The notes under the pieces: model-generated
The model's database searches: none
Told to the model about the DNA's origin: nothing
Seen by the model: the letters and a program-made list of their open reading frames with translations, nothing else
Shown here: one piece after another, positions 1 through 18,226 of the stretch
How the letters are laid out: every line of letters begins with the position of its first letter
Numbering within the stretch: the stretch's first letter is position 1
Origin: an uncultured delta proteobacterium
GTDB lineage: Bacteria; Myxococcota_A; Polyangia; Haliangiales; Haliangiaceae
Direction: 5' to 3'
Assembly (NCBI GenBank): GCA_963743525.1
Contig: CAVUQH010000004.1
Coordinates: forward strand, 736,001 to 800,000
DNA: 64,000 nucleotides
Program-made: the position numbers and the translations under genes

Positions 1-799
1 CGGTGCGCGGATCGGTCAGTCCGATCGGTCGCATCGGCCCGTGGCGCAAGACGTCGCGCCCGCGATCGACCATCACCTCGATCGGCAGACAGCCCTCGAA
101 GAAGCGCGCCTCCTCGAAGGCGTGCGGCGTCACCTTGCGCCCGGCGGCGACCGCGTCGACGAACGCGTAGTAGTCGTCGGCGTCCATCGGGCAGTTGATG
201 TAGTCGCCCTCGGCGCCGGCCAGCTTGTCCGAGTCGGTGTCGCGGCCCCAGCGCGAGGCGGTGAACGAGCGCTCGCGGTCGATCGAATCGGCCGCGACGA
301 TGGGCGCGATGGCGTCGTAGAAGTAGAGCCGCTCGCCGCCGAACAACCCGCGCACCGCGTCGGCCAGGGCGCCGCCGGTCAGCGGCCCGGTGGCAATGAT
401 GGTCGGCCCGTCGGGCAAGCCGTTGACGGCCCGCCGCTCGATGCGCACGTTGGGATGCAGCGCCAGCCGCCGGGTGACCGCGCGACCGAACCCGAAGCGC
501 TCGACCGCCAGCGCGCCGCCGGCCGGAACCTTGTGCCGGTCGGCCGCGGCGATGACCATCGAGCCGGCCTGCCTGAGCTCGTGCTTGAGCAACCCGGCGG
601 GCGCGCCGAGCTCGTCCGAGCGCAGCGAGTTGGAGCAGACCAGCTCGCAAAGCAGCGGCGTCTGGTGCGCCGGGCTCATCAGCGCCGGCTTCATCTCCAC
701 CAGCGCTACCTTGATGCCGCGCTCGGCCAGCTGCCAGGCCGCCTCACAGCCGGCCAGGCCGCCACCGACGACCGTCGCCTCTGGCTCGAAGTACGGCAT
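1..799 (-). CDS. trmFO: Methylenetetrahydrofolate--tRNA-(uracil-5-)-methyltransferase TrmFO (5' part; runs off the window start)
   Basis: Not in the ORF track. Manual translation from ATG 799 gives MPYFEPEATVVGGGLAGCEAAWQLAERGIKVALVEMKP...ELVCSNSLRSD. Fits the dprA-topA-trmFO synteny. Confidence 0.93.
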   Translation of the reverse strand, partial: MPYFEPEATVVGGGLAGCEAAWQLAERGIKVALVEMKPALMSPAHQTPLLCELVCSNSLRSDELGAPAGLLKHELRQAGSMVIAAADRHKVPAGGALAVERFGFGRAVTRRLALHPNVRIERRAVNGLPDGPTIIATGPLTGGALADAVRGLFGGERLYFYDAIAPIVAADSIDRERSFTASRWGRDTDSDKLAGAEGDYINCPMDADDYYAFVDAVAAGRKVTPHAFEEARFFEGCLPIEVMVDRGRDVLRHGPMRPIGLTDPRT

Positions 800-811
800 C
801 GCCGCCCAGGC

Positions 812-3372
<2,561 letters not shown>

Positions 3373-3376
<4 letters not shown>

Positions 3377-4251
3377 TGGGCCATGAGCTCCTGCGCGAGG
3401 GTGGAACGTACGTAGTTGCGGCCGGGCAGGAGGAGCGCGAGCCCCTCGAGCTCGAGCCCAGTCAGTGCGCGAGCCAGCGCGCCGGCGCCGAGTCCGGTTC
3501 GCTCGGCGAGAATCTCGGGCGAGGTCGGTGCCTCGTCGAGGACCGCCAGTACCTGCGCTTCGTAGCTGCCGCGCTCGGGCAACGCCAGCTCGGGCCGCCG
3601 GGGCCGCCCGTCGAGCGCATCCATTAGATCCGCAGCGCCGGTGACCACCGCAGCGCCCTGGGCGATCAGCGCCTCGGTGCCGGGCGACCCGGGCAGCGCG
3701 GCGACCACACGGCCGTATTCCAGCGCCGCGGCCGCGGTGTGCAGGGCGCCGGACGACGGCCCCGCCTCCATCACCACCACCGCGTCGACCAGACCGGCGA
3801 TGACCCGGTTGCGGCGGACGAAGCAGCCGGGGCGCGGCGCGGTGCCGCGGGCAAACGGGCTGATCAGTGCGCCGCCCTGCTCGAGCAGGATCTCGAACAG
3901 TGGCCGGTTTCGCGCCGGATACCAGTCATTGGCGCCATCACCCAGACCACCGCCCAGCACCGCGACCGTCGGGCCGCCGGCCTCGAGGGCCCCGGAGTGC
4001 GCCGCAGCGTCGACGCCGACCGCGCCGCCGGAGACGATCAGCGTCTCCTCGGCGGCCAGCTCGGCAGCCAGCTCCCGGGCCGCAGCGGTGGCGTGGCCGG
4101 ACGCGGCCCGCGCTCCGACGATGGCCACCGCGCCCCGGTGCTGTGGAAAATCGCCCAGAACGTGGAGGAATTGCGGTGGATCGGAGACCCGGGCAAGGCG
4201 CTCCGGGTATCCGGGATCGGTCGGGCCGACAATGAGCTCACGGCGGGTCAC
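3373..4251 (-). CDS. dprA: DNA-protecting protein DprA (Smf)
   Basis: YPERL..DPP, VAIVGAR, IVSGGAVGVDAAAH, FVRRNRVIAG, SSGALHTA; C-terminal winged helix. Start uncertain (4251 GTG or 4290). Confidence 0.92.
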
Positions 4252-4324
4252 GAGGTGACAGCCTTTAGCCAGCCCCCCCTTGCCCGTCAAGTCTCGAGGA
4301 TCCGATCCTCGAAATTTCAGGTAG

Positions 4325-5572
4325 TTACGTGAGCGCTATTCGGAGGCCCGGAGAACCACCCGGTCGCCAACCTCGAATTCCTGGCTCGAGTTCGACCACC
4401 AGTCCGGCCGCGGCGTTCTTGCCTACATCGACCATCATGATCCGCCCGATCGACCGCGCCGGGTAGGCGGTGTCGTTCTGACCCACGTTCGCTCGGCCCG
4501 CCTTCTCGGGGAAGGCGTCGCCGCGGCGGACCACGTAGAGGATGTTCCCCCGCGCGACGCCCTGCCGCTTGCCCAGGTCGATGAAGACGATCTGGCCCTC
4601 GCCGATGATCTGATCGGCGCGCAGCATCGCCACGATCGTGCCGGTGGCGTTCTTCTTGCCCGCCGTCGGTTTGATCTGCTCGCCGCGATAGCTGCGCTGG
4701 ATCGGCCCCACCCGGCCACCGCGCTCGATGACGTCGTTCGCTTCCTCGATGACGGCGCGCGCGCGCTTGCCCTTCTTGACGCTCTGCACCCGCAGCTCGC
4801 CGAGGATGCGCACGTACGATCCGATCACCTTGCCACTGTCGGGGTGATGGACCTTCTGCTGCTCGGTGTAGATGGCGTAGCTCTCGCCGACCTTCGGCGG
4901 CCGATTCTTCGGGTATTCGACGTAGACCTCGTCGCCGGTTGACAACATCGTCTTGGCGTCGACCGATCCGACGATGGTGCCGGCGAACTTCAGCTTGTCG
5001 GCGTCGACATAGGCCAGCTGGCGCAAGGTCGCGCTGTACGCGGTGCGCGAGATCGGGCTCGACACGTCGATCGGCTCGTTGTCGTCGTCCGGCGCCGGCG
5101 CGATGACGACCGGCGCCTGCCCTTGCGGGTAGAGGCGAACCAGGTCGCCGGGATAGATCCAGTTGGGGTTGGTGATCGACGGGTTGTACGACCAGACCTT
5201 GGGCCACTGCCACGGGTCGTTGAAGTACAGCCAGCTGATGTCCCACAGCGTGTCGCCGCGGCGGACGACGTGGTGCTCGGGCACCGGCCCGTGAACCTTC
5301 ACGTCCCAGTTCTGGGTGGTCTTCTCGCCGGTGTCTTCACCTTCGCCGAAGAAGTAGCGCGGCGGTCCCTGATCCTGATCGTCGGGAATCACGACCGTGC
5401 CGTCCGGCTTGGTCTGGATGATCACCGGCTTCTGCGGCGCGGCTTGCGGCTGCGGCGGAGGCGCCGCCGGCTGGCTGCTGCCGTCGGGCTCGACGGTCGG
5501 CATCTGCGCGGCGGCGGGCAAGGCCCACAGGGCGACCAGCGCCAGCGAAATGGAGATCGTGCGGTGAATCAT
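4325..5572 (-). CDS. Secreted LysM peptidoglycan-binding protein (probable frameshift near C-terminus)
   Basis: Signal peptide, HVVRRGDTLWDIS..WQWPKVWSYNPSITNPNWIYPGD; SD AGGAG before ATG 5572; typical LysM-dprA linkage. Confidence 0.85.
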   Translation of the reverse strand: MIHRTISISLALVALWALPAAAQMPTVEPDGSSQPAAPPPQPQAAPQKPVIIQTKPDGTVVIPDDQDQGPPRYFFGEGEDTGEKTTQNWDVKVHGPVPEHHVVRRGDTLWDISWLYFNDPWQWPKVWSYNPSITNPNWIYPGDLVRLYPQGQAPVVIAPAPDDDNEPIDVSSPISRTAYSATLRQLAYVDADKLKFAGTIVGSVDAKTMLSTGDEVYVEYPKNRPPKVGESYAIYTEQQKVHHPDSGKVIGSYVRILGELRVQSVKKGKRARAVIEEANDVIERGGRVGPIQRSYRGEQIKPTAGKKNATGTIVAMLRADQIIGEGQIVFIDLGKRQGVARGNILYVVRRGDAFPEKAGRANVGQNDTAYPARSIGRIMMVDVGKNAAAGLVVELEPGIRGWRPGGSPGLRIALT

Positions 5573-5582
5573 CGGGCGGCTC

Positions 5583-6506
5583 CTACTTGCCACCGGCCAG
5601 CTCGGCCAGGCGGCGTTGCGCCAGCTTGCCCGGGTTCGAAGCCGGATAGACGCGGGTAACTTGCTCGAGCACGTCGCGGGCCTTGCTGGTCTCGCCCAGC
5701 GCGGCGTAACAGAAACCGATCTTCAGCAGCGCGTCGGGCACCTTGTTGCCGCGCGGATAGTCGTTGACCACCCGGCGGAACTCGCGCATCGCCACCTTGT
5801 ACTGCCGCTGATCGTAGAAGGCCTCGCCCAGCCAGTACTGCGCGTTGTCGGCGTAGTCGCTGTGCGGGTATTGCTGCAGGAACGCGCGGAAGCCGGCGAT
5901 GGCGCCCGCGTGATCGCCGGCGCGGAGCGCGGCGTACTGGCGCTGGTACAAGGCGCGCGCGCCTTCGATCTCGATCGACGGGCGGCGCGCCTGGCGCATC
6001 TGGCTGGCGACAGTCGGCACGCGGCCGGTCACTGCCAGGCGATCGCGGGCGGCATCGGGCCCCGGATCGCGAATCGGCGGTCCCGATGACACGGGTACCG
6101 GCGACGAGCTGCTGTCGTCGTCGAGGTATTTGTCGAGGCGTGGCGACACCGTGCGGTCGCTGGCCGCGTCGCCGACGTAGACGATCTGATTGCCCTCGTC
6201 ATCGACGCCGACCACCTGGTAGCCGGGATCGGCGGGCGCGGCTTGATCGGGGGTGAGCACCTCGACCGGCAGCGGCGGCTCGGCCGCATCGGCGGTGTCG
6301 TGCTTCTCTTGCTCCATCTTGTCGCGGAGGAGGAAGACCTGATTTTCCAGATCCCGGCTCTTGTTCCGATCCCGCCGGACCTCGGCCCGAAGCTGATTCA
6401 CCCTGGTCTGCAGGCGGACGTTGTCCGAGCGGAGCGCGGTCGCGCCACCTCCGCATCCGGAGAGCACCAGCCCGAGAAAAGTCCACGCGATGGCCCACTT
6501 CGACAC
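5583..6506 (-). CDS. cpoB: Tol-Pal/cell division coordinator CpoB (YbgF)-like lipoprotein
   Basis: Lipobox LSGC, coiled coil, TPR YADNAQYWLGE..YPRGNKVPDALLKIG. Confidence 0.85.
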   Translation of the reverse strand: MSKWAIAWTFLGLVLSGCGGGATALRSDNVRLQTRVNQLRAEVRRDRNKSRDLENQVFLLRDKMEQEKHDTADAAEPPLPVEVLTPDQAAPADPGYQVVGVDDEGNQIVYVGDAASDRTVSPRLDKYLDDDSSSSPVPVSSGPPIRDPGPDAARDRLAVTGRVPTVASQMRQARRPSIEIEGARALYQRQYAALRAGDHAGAIAGFRAFLQQYPHSDYADNAQYWLGEAFYDQRQYKVAMREFRRVVNDYPRGNKVPDALLKIGFCYAALGETSKARDVLEQVTRVYPASNPGKLAQRRLAELAGGK

Positions 6507-6605
6507 GGTTCCTGGATGGTAGACGGCGATCGGACCGGGCGCAAAAAAGTAGCCAAACTACCTACATTCTCGCACACCTCCGTGGCGGCGATTATGTATT
6601 TTCAG

Positions 6606-8911
<2,306 letters not shown>

Positions 8912-8916
8912 TCAGC

Positions 8917-9753
<837 letters not shown>

Positions 9754-9754
9754 G

Positions 9755-10051
9755 TCAGCCTCCCGGAATCGGATCGCCGACGAACCCGCAGACGACATCG
9801 TAGGCGTGTTCTCCGCAGATCACGGAGTTGTGGTACTGCTCGGCGCCCACGCGGGCAAGCTCTTCTTCGTCCTTTACCTTGCCGAGCAGGTCGTTGGCGT
9901 CGTCCTCGCCACCGGAGACCTTGAGGAAGAAGACCGCCGGACGGATGACGAACGACCGGCCCTCGTACAGCAGGCGGTCGCCCGACAGGTCGGCGCGGCC
10001 GTCGGCGTTGAGCTCGTCGAGCTTCTCCTGCGAAATGAACAGGCGCGCCAT
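9755..10051 (-). CDS. Small conserved hypothetical protein
   Basis: MARLFISQEKLDEL...; good codon bias; stop abuts the ccsA start. Confidence 0.7.
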   Translation of the reverse strand: MARLFISQEKLDELNADGRADLSGDRLLYEGRSFVIRPAVFFLKVSGGEDDANDLLGKVKDEEELARVGAEQYHNSVICGEHAYDVVCGFVGDPIPGG

Positions 10052-10230
10052 GGGGATAACCTCATGATATTCGGTTCCGGGCCGTCCCGGCAAACCCGCC
10101 CGTTACCTGGGGCCGATTCGCGGCGTCCTACCCCCGGAGCCCCCGGGCACTTGCGGCCCCGGGGCAGGGACGTTACATAAGGGGACCATGCGGGCGAGCC
10201 CCCCGCTGGAATCACGAAACGGAGCAGCAA

Positions 10231-10563
10231 ATGGCGAGCGACAACATTCTCGAGCTGACCGACGAGAACTTCGAGTCCGAGGTTCTGTCGGCCGATGTAC
10301 CCACCCTGGTCGATTTTTGGGCCGTCTGGTGTGGCCCGTGCCGGCAGATCGCCCCGACCGTCGAGGCCCTTGCCACCGACTACGCCGGCAAGCTGAAGGT
10401 CGGCAAGATGGACATCGATCACCACCAGATCACCCCCCAGCGCTACGGCATCCGCTCGATCCCCACCCTGCTCATCTTCAAGGGCGGCGAGGTCGTCGGC
10501 CAGGTCGTCGGCGCCGTGCCTCGCTCCAAGCTGGAGGACGAGGTCAAGAAGCACATGGCGTAG
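10231..10563 (+). CDS. trxA: Thioredoxin
   Basis: DFWAVWCGPC, IRSIPTL. Confidence 0.97.
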   Translation: MASDNILELTDENFESEVLSADVPTLVDFWAVWCGPCRQIAPTVEALATDYAGKLKVGKMDIDHHQITPQRYGIRSIPTLLIFKGGEVVGQVVGAVPRSKLEDEVKKHMA

Positions 10564-10578
10564 CTCCGGCTCGCCAGC

Positions 10579-10617
10579 GGCAACGCGCGGCCCGCTGCGG
10601 CGGGCCGCTGCCATTTT
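10579..10617 (+). terminator. Putative intrinsic terminator of trxA
   Basis: gcggcccgc-tgcg-gcgggccgc hairpin followed by tgccatttt. Confidence 0.55.
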
Positions 10618-10688
10618 CGGGCAGGCAGCAGCCGCAGCCCGGACGAACCACCTTGCCGACCCGCGCGGAGGGTGGAACGTACTGGAAC

Positions 10689-11402
10689 ATGCACCAACCT
10701 CGCCGGGCCAGCCGAGCTCACTGTGTTCTGTGCCAACGCGATGTGCTCACGTCCGACACGGCCAGCGTGTCGTCGTTGCGGCAGACCATGATCGACAGCA
10801 TCCGCGCCACCCACCCCGACGTCGCCGACGACGATCGGGTGTGCCGTTCCTGCCTGATCGCCGAGCGAACCAAGCACGTCATGCGCGAGCTCGAGCGCGA
10901 GCGCGGCGATCTCGACGAAGTCGAGCGCGACGTGTCGCAGAAAGCCACCGCCCACGTCGCCATCGCCGAGCGCCTGAACGAACAGTTCGACCGCCAGTTG
11001 ACCCTGAGCGAACGCGTCGCCGACACCGTGGCCCGCGTGGGCGGCTCCTGGACCTTCATCGGCAGCTTCATCGGCTTCATCCTGCTGTGGGCCATCGCCA
11101 ACAGCATCCTCCTCGGCCGCGGCGCCTACGATCCCTACCCGTACATCCTGCTCAACCTGGTCCTCTCCTGCATCGCCGCCATCCAGGCGCCGATCATCAT
11201 GATGTCCCAGCGCCGCCTGTCCGACCGCGACCGCATGCAGGCCGACAACGACTTCCGCACCAACCTCAAGGCCGAGCTCGAAATCGCCACCCTGCACGAA
11301 AAGGTCGACCACCTCCTCCACGTTCAGTGGGAGCGCATGGTCGAGCTGCAGCAAGTCCAGCTCGAGATCCTCGAAGACCTGGCCAAGCACCGCCGCGACT
11401 AA
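10689..11402 (+). CDS. DUF1003 family membrane protein
   Basis: GGSWTFI, YDPYPYILLNLVLSCIAAIQAPIIMMSQ, NLKAELEI; N-terminal CxxC..CxxC. Confidence 0.88.
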   Translation: MHQPRRASRAHCVLCQRDVLTSDTASVSSLRQTMIDSIRATHPDVADDDRVCRSCLIAERTKHVMRELERERGDLDEVERDVSQKATAHVAIAERLNEQFDRQLTLSERVADTVARVGGSWTFIGSFIGFILLWAIANSILLGRGAYDPYPYILLNLVLSCIAAIQAPIIMMSQRRLSDRDRMQADNDFRTNLKAELEIATLHEKVDHLLHVQWERMVELQQVQLEILEDLAKHRRD

Positions 11403-11428
11403 AAGGCGGCGGCATCACTGCCGCCGCC
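11400..11428. terminator. Terminator hairpin between convergent genes (U-tract on - strand)
   Basis: taaaa-ggcggcggca-tcac-tgccgccgcc. Confidence 0.75.
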
Positions 11429-11435
11429 AACGAGC

Positions 11436-11753
11436 CTAGCGGACCAAATTCACCAGCGTGCCGATCACGCGACCGAACCGATCGCGCATCCCGGCATCCA
11501 GCGGCCCGACATAGCCCAGCGCCTCGGCAACCTCGAGATTCGCCAGCGACTCTCTCGCGGAGCCCAACGCATCGTAGTACCGAGCCCGCTTCGTGCCCGC
11601 CCTCCCCGCCGACCCCTCGACGAGATTGAGCACGACCGACTTGATCGAGCGCCGCAACTGCCGCGCCTGATCCCGATCGAACCTCTCGATTTCCTCGATC
11701 AACGGCGAAACCTCACGAACCAACGCAACCGACACGGGATAGATACGCAACAT
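11436..11753 (-). CDS. Four-helix-bundle protein (23S rRNA IVP / Avd-like family)
   Basis: [62 protein letters not shown]. Confidence 0.88.
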   Translation of the reverse strand: MLRIYPVSVALVREVSPLIEEIERFDRDQARQLRRSIKSVVLNLVEGSAGRAGTKRARYYDALGSARESLANLEVAEALGYVGPLDAGMRDRFGRVIGTLVNLVR

Positions 11754-11788
11754 CAGAGCCTCTCCTTTCGAAAGTGAAGCCCCCCTCC

Positions 11789-11868
11789 CGCCCGGAGCGC
11801 AGGCGCTGTCAAGGTCGCGCAGCGGCGCGCGAAGCGCGCGAAACCTTGACAGCGCCGAGCACCGGGCG
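11789..11868. repeat. Y-shaped inverted-repeat element with two GNA mini-hairpins
   Basis: GGCGCTGTCAAGGT (11802-15) pairs with ACCTTGACAGCGCC (11843-56); outer arms CGCCCGG/CCGGGCG; inner CGC-GCA-GCG and GCGCGC-GAA-GCGCGC. Confidence 0.85.
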
Positions 11869-11890
11869 ACAATCAAACCTCACGAGCGAG

Positions 11891-12361
<471 letters not shown>

Positions 12362-13521
12362 TCAGCCGACGTGCCGTCTCATCGACACCGACGACACCAG
12401 CCCCAGCGCCATGAAGAACGTCAGAATCGACGACCCGCCATAACTCACCAGCGGCAGCGTCACCCCGACCACCGGCGCCAGCCCCAGCACCATGCAGATG
12501 TTGACCACCGTGTGCCAGAACACCAGCGCCGCCACCCCGAGGCAGATCGTCGCGCCAAACCGGTCGCGCGCCGACAGCGCCACGTTCACGATCCAGAAGA
12601 TCAAGAACCCGTACAAGATCAGCAGCACCAACGCGCCGATGAACCCCCACTCCTCGCCCCAAACCGAGAACGGAAAATCGGTCCACTGCTCGGGCAAGAA
12701 GCTGAACTGGTTCTGCGTCCCCTCCATGAAGCCCTTGCCGATGATCCGACCCGAGCCGATGGCAAAGATCGACTGCCGCGTGTGCCACCCGTTGCCCGTG
12801 GGATCGTTCGACGGATCCAGAAACGCCAGCACGCGGTTCTTCTGGTAGTCGTGCATGTAATCCCACAGGATCGGCAGCGTCGCGATGCTCACCACATGCC
12901 CGATCAAGATCGGCCACAAGTTCGACATCGCCAGATACCCAATCGACAGGATCAGCAGATAGATCAGCACCGCGCTGCCCAGATCCGGCTGCGCGGCCAC
13001 GATCAGCACCGGCGCCACCACCGCGGCCCAGCGCGCGACCTGCTGTTTGACCGACATCGTGTCGTCGTCGCGGTCGTGAACCATCCTGGCCATCGCCAGG
13101 ATCACCGCGATCTTCGCCAACTCCGACGGCTGCACCCGGAAGAAACCAAAGCCGAGCCATCGCTGCGCACCTTTGGCCGTGTGCCCGAGTATCAGCACCG
13201 CCACCACCATGATCACCGTCGCCCCCAACGCCAGCCACGCGATCCGTGTCAGGTTGCGGTAGTCGAGCAGCGTCATGCCGATGTACAGCGCGATGCCCAG
13301 ACAGACCCAGGTGATCTGCGAGTCGAACTTCCCCGAGTGATCCGGCGCCCCCTGCGCAGCCGCGATGCGGAACGTCGCGCTGTACAGATTGACCAGCCCG
13401 ATCACCAGGATCAGCGCGATCGTCGCGAACAGCGGCCAGTCGAAGTAGGCCACGAACCGGCGGAAGCGGCCGATGCCGACCGTCGCCGGCCCGCGCAGCC
13501 ACCCCTTGGTCTTGCCCAGCC

Positions 13522-13525
<4 letters not shown>
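12362..13525 (-). CDS. rodA: Rod shape-determining protein RodA
   Basis: [40 protein letters not shown]. Confidence 0.96.
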
Positions 13526-15417
<1,892 letters not shown>

Positions 15418-15424
15418 GGCGCCC

Positions 15425-15982
15425 TCACGACAACGTCCCTCCCAGCGCGGCGTTGCGCTCGCGCGGCGAGCGGGCAAAGCGGGCGTCGACCGAGCGGCAC
15501 AAGCGGAACACCAGCGGCCCGGCCAGGCCGGTGAGCAGCGCCGAGGCGAACAGCGTCTTCAGCTCGCCGCCCAGGCTGCCGGGCACCAGCCCGGAGCTGG
15601 CGCGAACGATCAGCATCACCAGCCCAGCCGTGGCGCCGGTGACCGTCGAGAAGATGATGGTCACCATGCGACCGCGAACGATCAGCGCGCTGTGCACCAG
15701 GTGGCCGACCAGGCACACCACGCCGGCGGTGAACGCGATCAGCCCGCGCGGCGAGCCGGCCAACAGATCGCCGAGGTATCCCAGGATCACCGCGCCCAGC
15801 GTCGGCGGCGCGATGCGCAAGAGCATCGGGCCGACGTTCACCGGCCGCGCGGTCAAGCCCAGGTAGACGGCGACCAGGGCGATGACGTCGGGCGCGGCAA
15901 AATCGATCGGCAGCAGGCGCCAGATGCCACCGAGCACCAGCACCAGGCCGTAGCCGAGAAAGACGTGCGCCGTGACCCGCAT
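15425..15982 (-). CDS. mreD: Rod shape-determining protein MreD
   Basis: Hydrophobic, PD motif, LGYLGDLL; position between mreC and mrdA. Confidence 0.8.
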   Translation of the reverse strand: MRVTAHVFLGYGLVLVLGGIWRLLPIDFAAPDVIALVAVYLGLTARPVNVGPMLLRIAPPTLGAVILGYLGDLLAGSPRGLIAFTAGVVCLVGHLVHSALIVRGRMVTIIFSTVTGATAGLVMLIVRASSGLVPGSLGGELKTLFASALLTGLAGPLVFRLCRSVDARFARSPRERNAALGGTLS

Positions 15983-16875
15983 CAGAACGCCCTCGTGCCG
16001 TAGGCCGACGCCGACCGCTCGAGCTCGCCGGCGTGTGGATCCGGCGGCGGCGGATCGGCGATGAGCACCAGCAGCGGGCCCAGGTCGGAGAAGTCGACGG
16101 CCGGCTCGACCTCGACCTCCTGGAACAAACCGTAGGCTGGATGCGCGACCTTGGCCACCTTGCCGACCACCAGTCCGCGGGGGAAGCCGCCACCCAGACC
16201 GCTGGTCACCACCGGATCGCCGACGGCGACATCGTCACCCTGCAGGTGGGCGATCTTGCCGGCGTAGCGCGACTGCTCGGCGATTCCGACCAGCGATCCG
16301 ACCGAGCCGGTGCGCGGCGCGATCACCGGGATCTTGGAGATCGGATCGGTCAGCAAAAGGACGTCCGAGTAGTCGCCGTAGGCGTGGAGGATGCGGCCGA
16401 CCAGGCCGTCGGCGTTGATCACCGGCATGCCCGGCTGAACCTCGGACTTGCCGCGGTCGATGCGCACGCGGACGACGCGGAACGACGGCGTCAGGCTGGC
16501 GCCGACGACCCGCGCTCCGACCGTCTCGGCGTCCATCTTCTGGCGCAAGCCGGACAGGCCCTCCAGCACGTCGGCGTCGGCGGCCTTGTTCCGCGCGGCG
16601 GCCAGCTGCTGGCGCAGGCGAATGTTGTCGGCGCGCAGCTTCTGGTTCTCGCCGTCGACGTTGACCAGCCAGACGTAGTGGCTCCAGGCGCCGCCGAGCC
16701 CCTCGACCACCCACGACACCGCCGCCTGCAGCGGCGACGAGATGCGCAAGACCGCCTTGTCGAAGCCGTTGAGCTCCGATGGGTCCTTCAAGCTGGAGTG
16801 GAGGATGAGGACCGGGACCAGGAGCAGAAAGCCCGCGAGCGTGTAGTCCAGGACCCGTCGACGCAACAGCGCCAT
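15982..16875 (-). CDS. mreC: Rod shape-determining protein MreC
   Basis: TM + coiled coil, IDRGKS..GMPVI..GLVGRI, VVTSGLGGGFPRGLVVG. Confidence 0.94.
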   Translation of the reverse strand: MALLRRRVLDYTLAGFLLLVPVLILHSSLKDPSELNGFDKAVLRISSPLQAAVSWVVEGLGGAWSHYVWLVNVDGENQKLRADNIRLRQQLAAARNKAADADVLEGLSGLRQKMDAETVGARVVGASLTPSFRVVRVRIDRGKSEVQPGMPVINADGLVGRILHAYGDYSDVLLLTDPISKIPVIAPRTGSVGSLVGIAEQSRYAGKIAHLQGDDVAVGDPVVTSGLGGGFPRGLVVGKVAKVAHPAYGLFQEVEVEPAVDFSDLGPLLVLIADPPPPDPHAGELERSASAYGTRAF

Positions 16876-16900
16876 GATCAGCTCACGCGGGTCCCCCTGC

Positions 16901-17941
<1,041 letters not shown>

Positions 17942-17953
17942 TCAGCGCGCCCC

Positions 17954-17973
17954 TGTGGATGACCTGTGGATAC
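17954..17973. promoter_or_regulatory. Two tandem DnaA-box-like sites upstream of mreB
   Basis: TGTGGATGA and TGTGGATAC, each one mismatch to TGTGGATAA, 11-bp period. Confidence 0.55.
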
Positions 17974-18226
17974 TGTTCGCGAAACGCCCGGAACCTCGAA
18001 GATAATCCCTAAATAACCGGCAGATAGGGCGGCCCGAGCCCACTGGGAGTAGCACGTCTGTCGCGCGATCTGCAAGCGATTCCGCGATCGTAAGAGAGAT
18101 TGCCGGGGGCGCGTGGACCTCGACCCGGGGGTCAGCAGTCTGTCGCGACGTCAGGCCCCCTCGCAGTGGCGCTGGACGGCACGGCGAGCTAGGATGCCGC
18201 GCCTTTTACAGCAGGCATTTGCACCC

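Noticed and set aside
10188..10688. N-terminal extension of the 404-aa DUF1003 ORF
   Set aside because: Overlaps trxA out of frame and crosses its terminator; the real start is probably 10689
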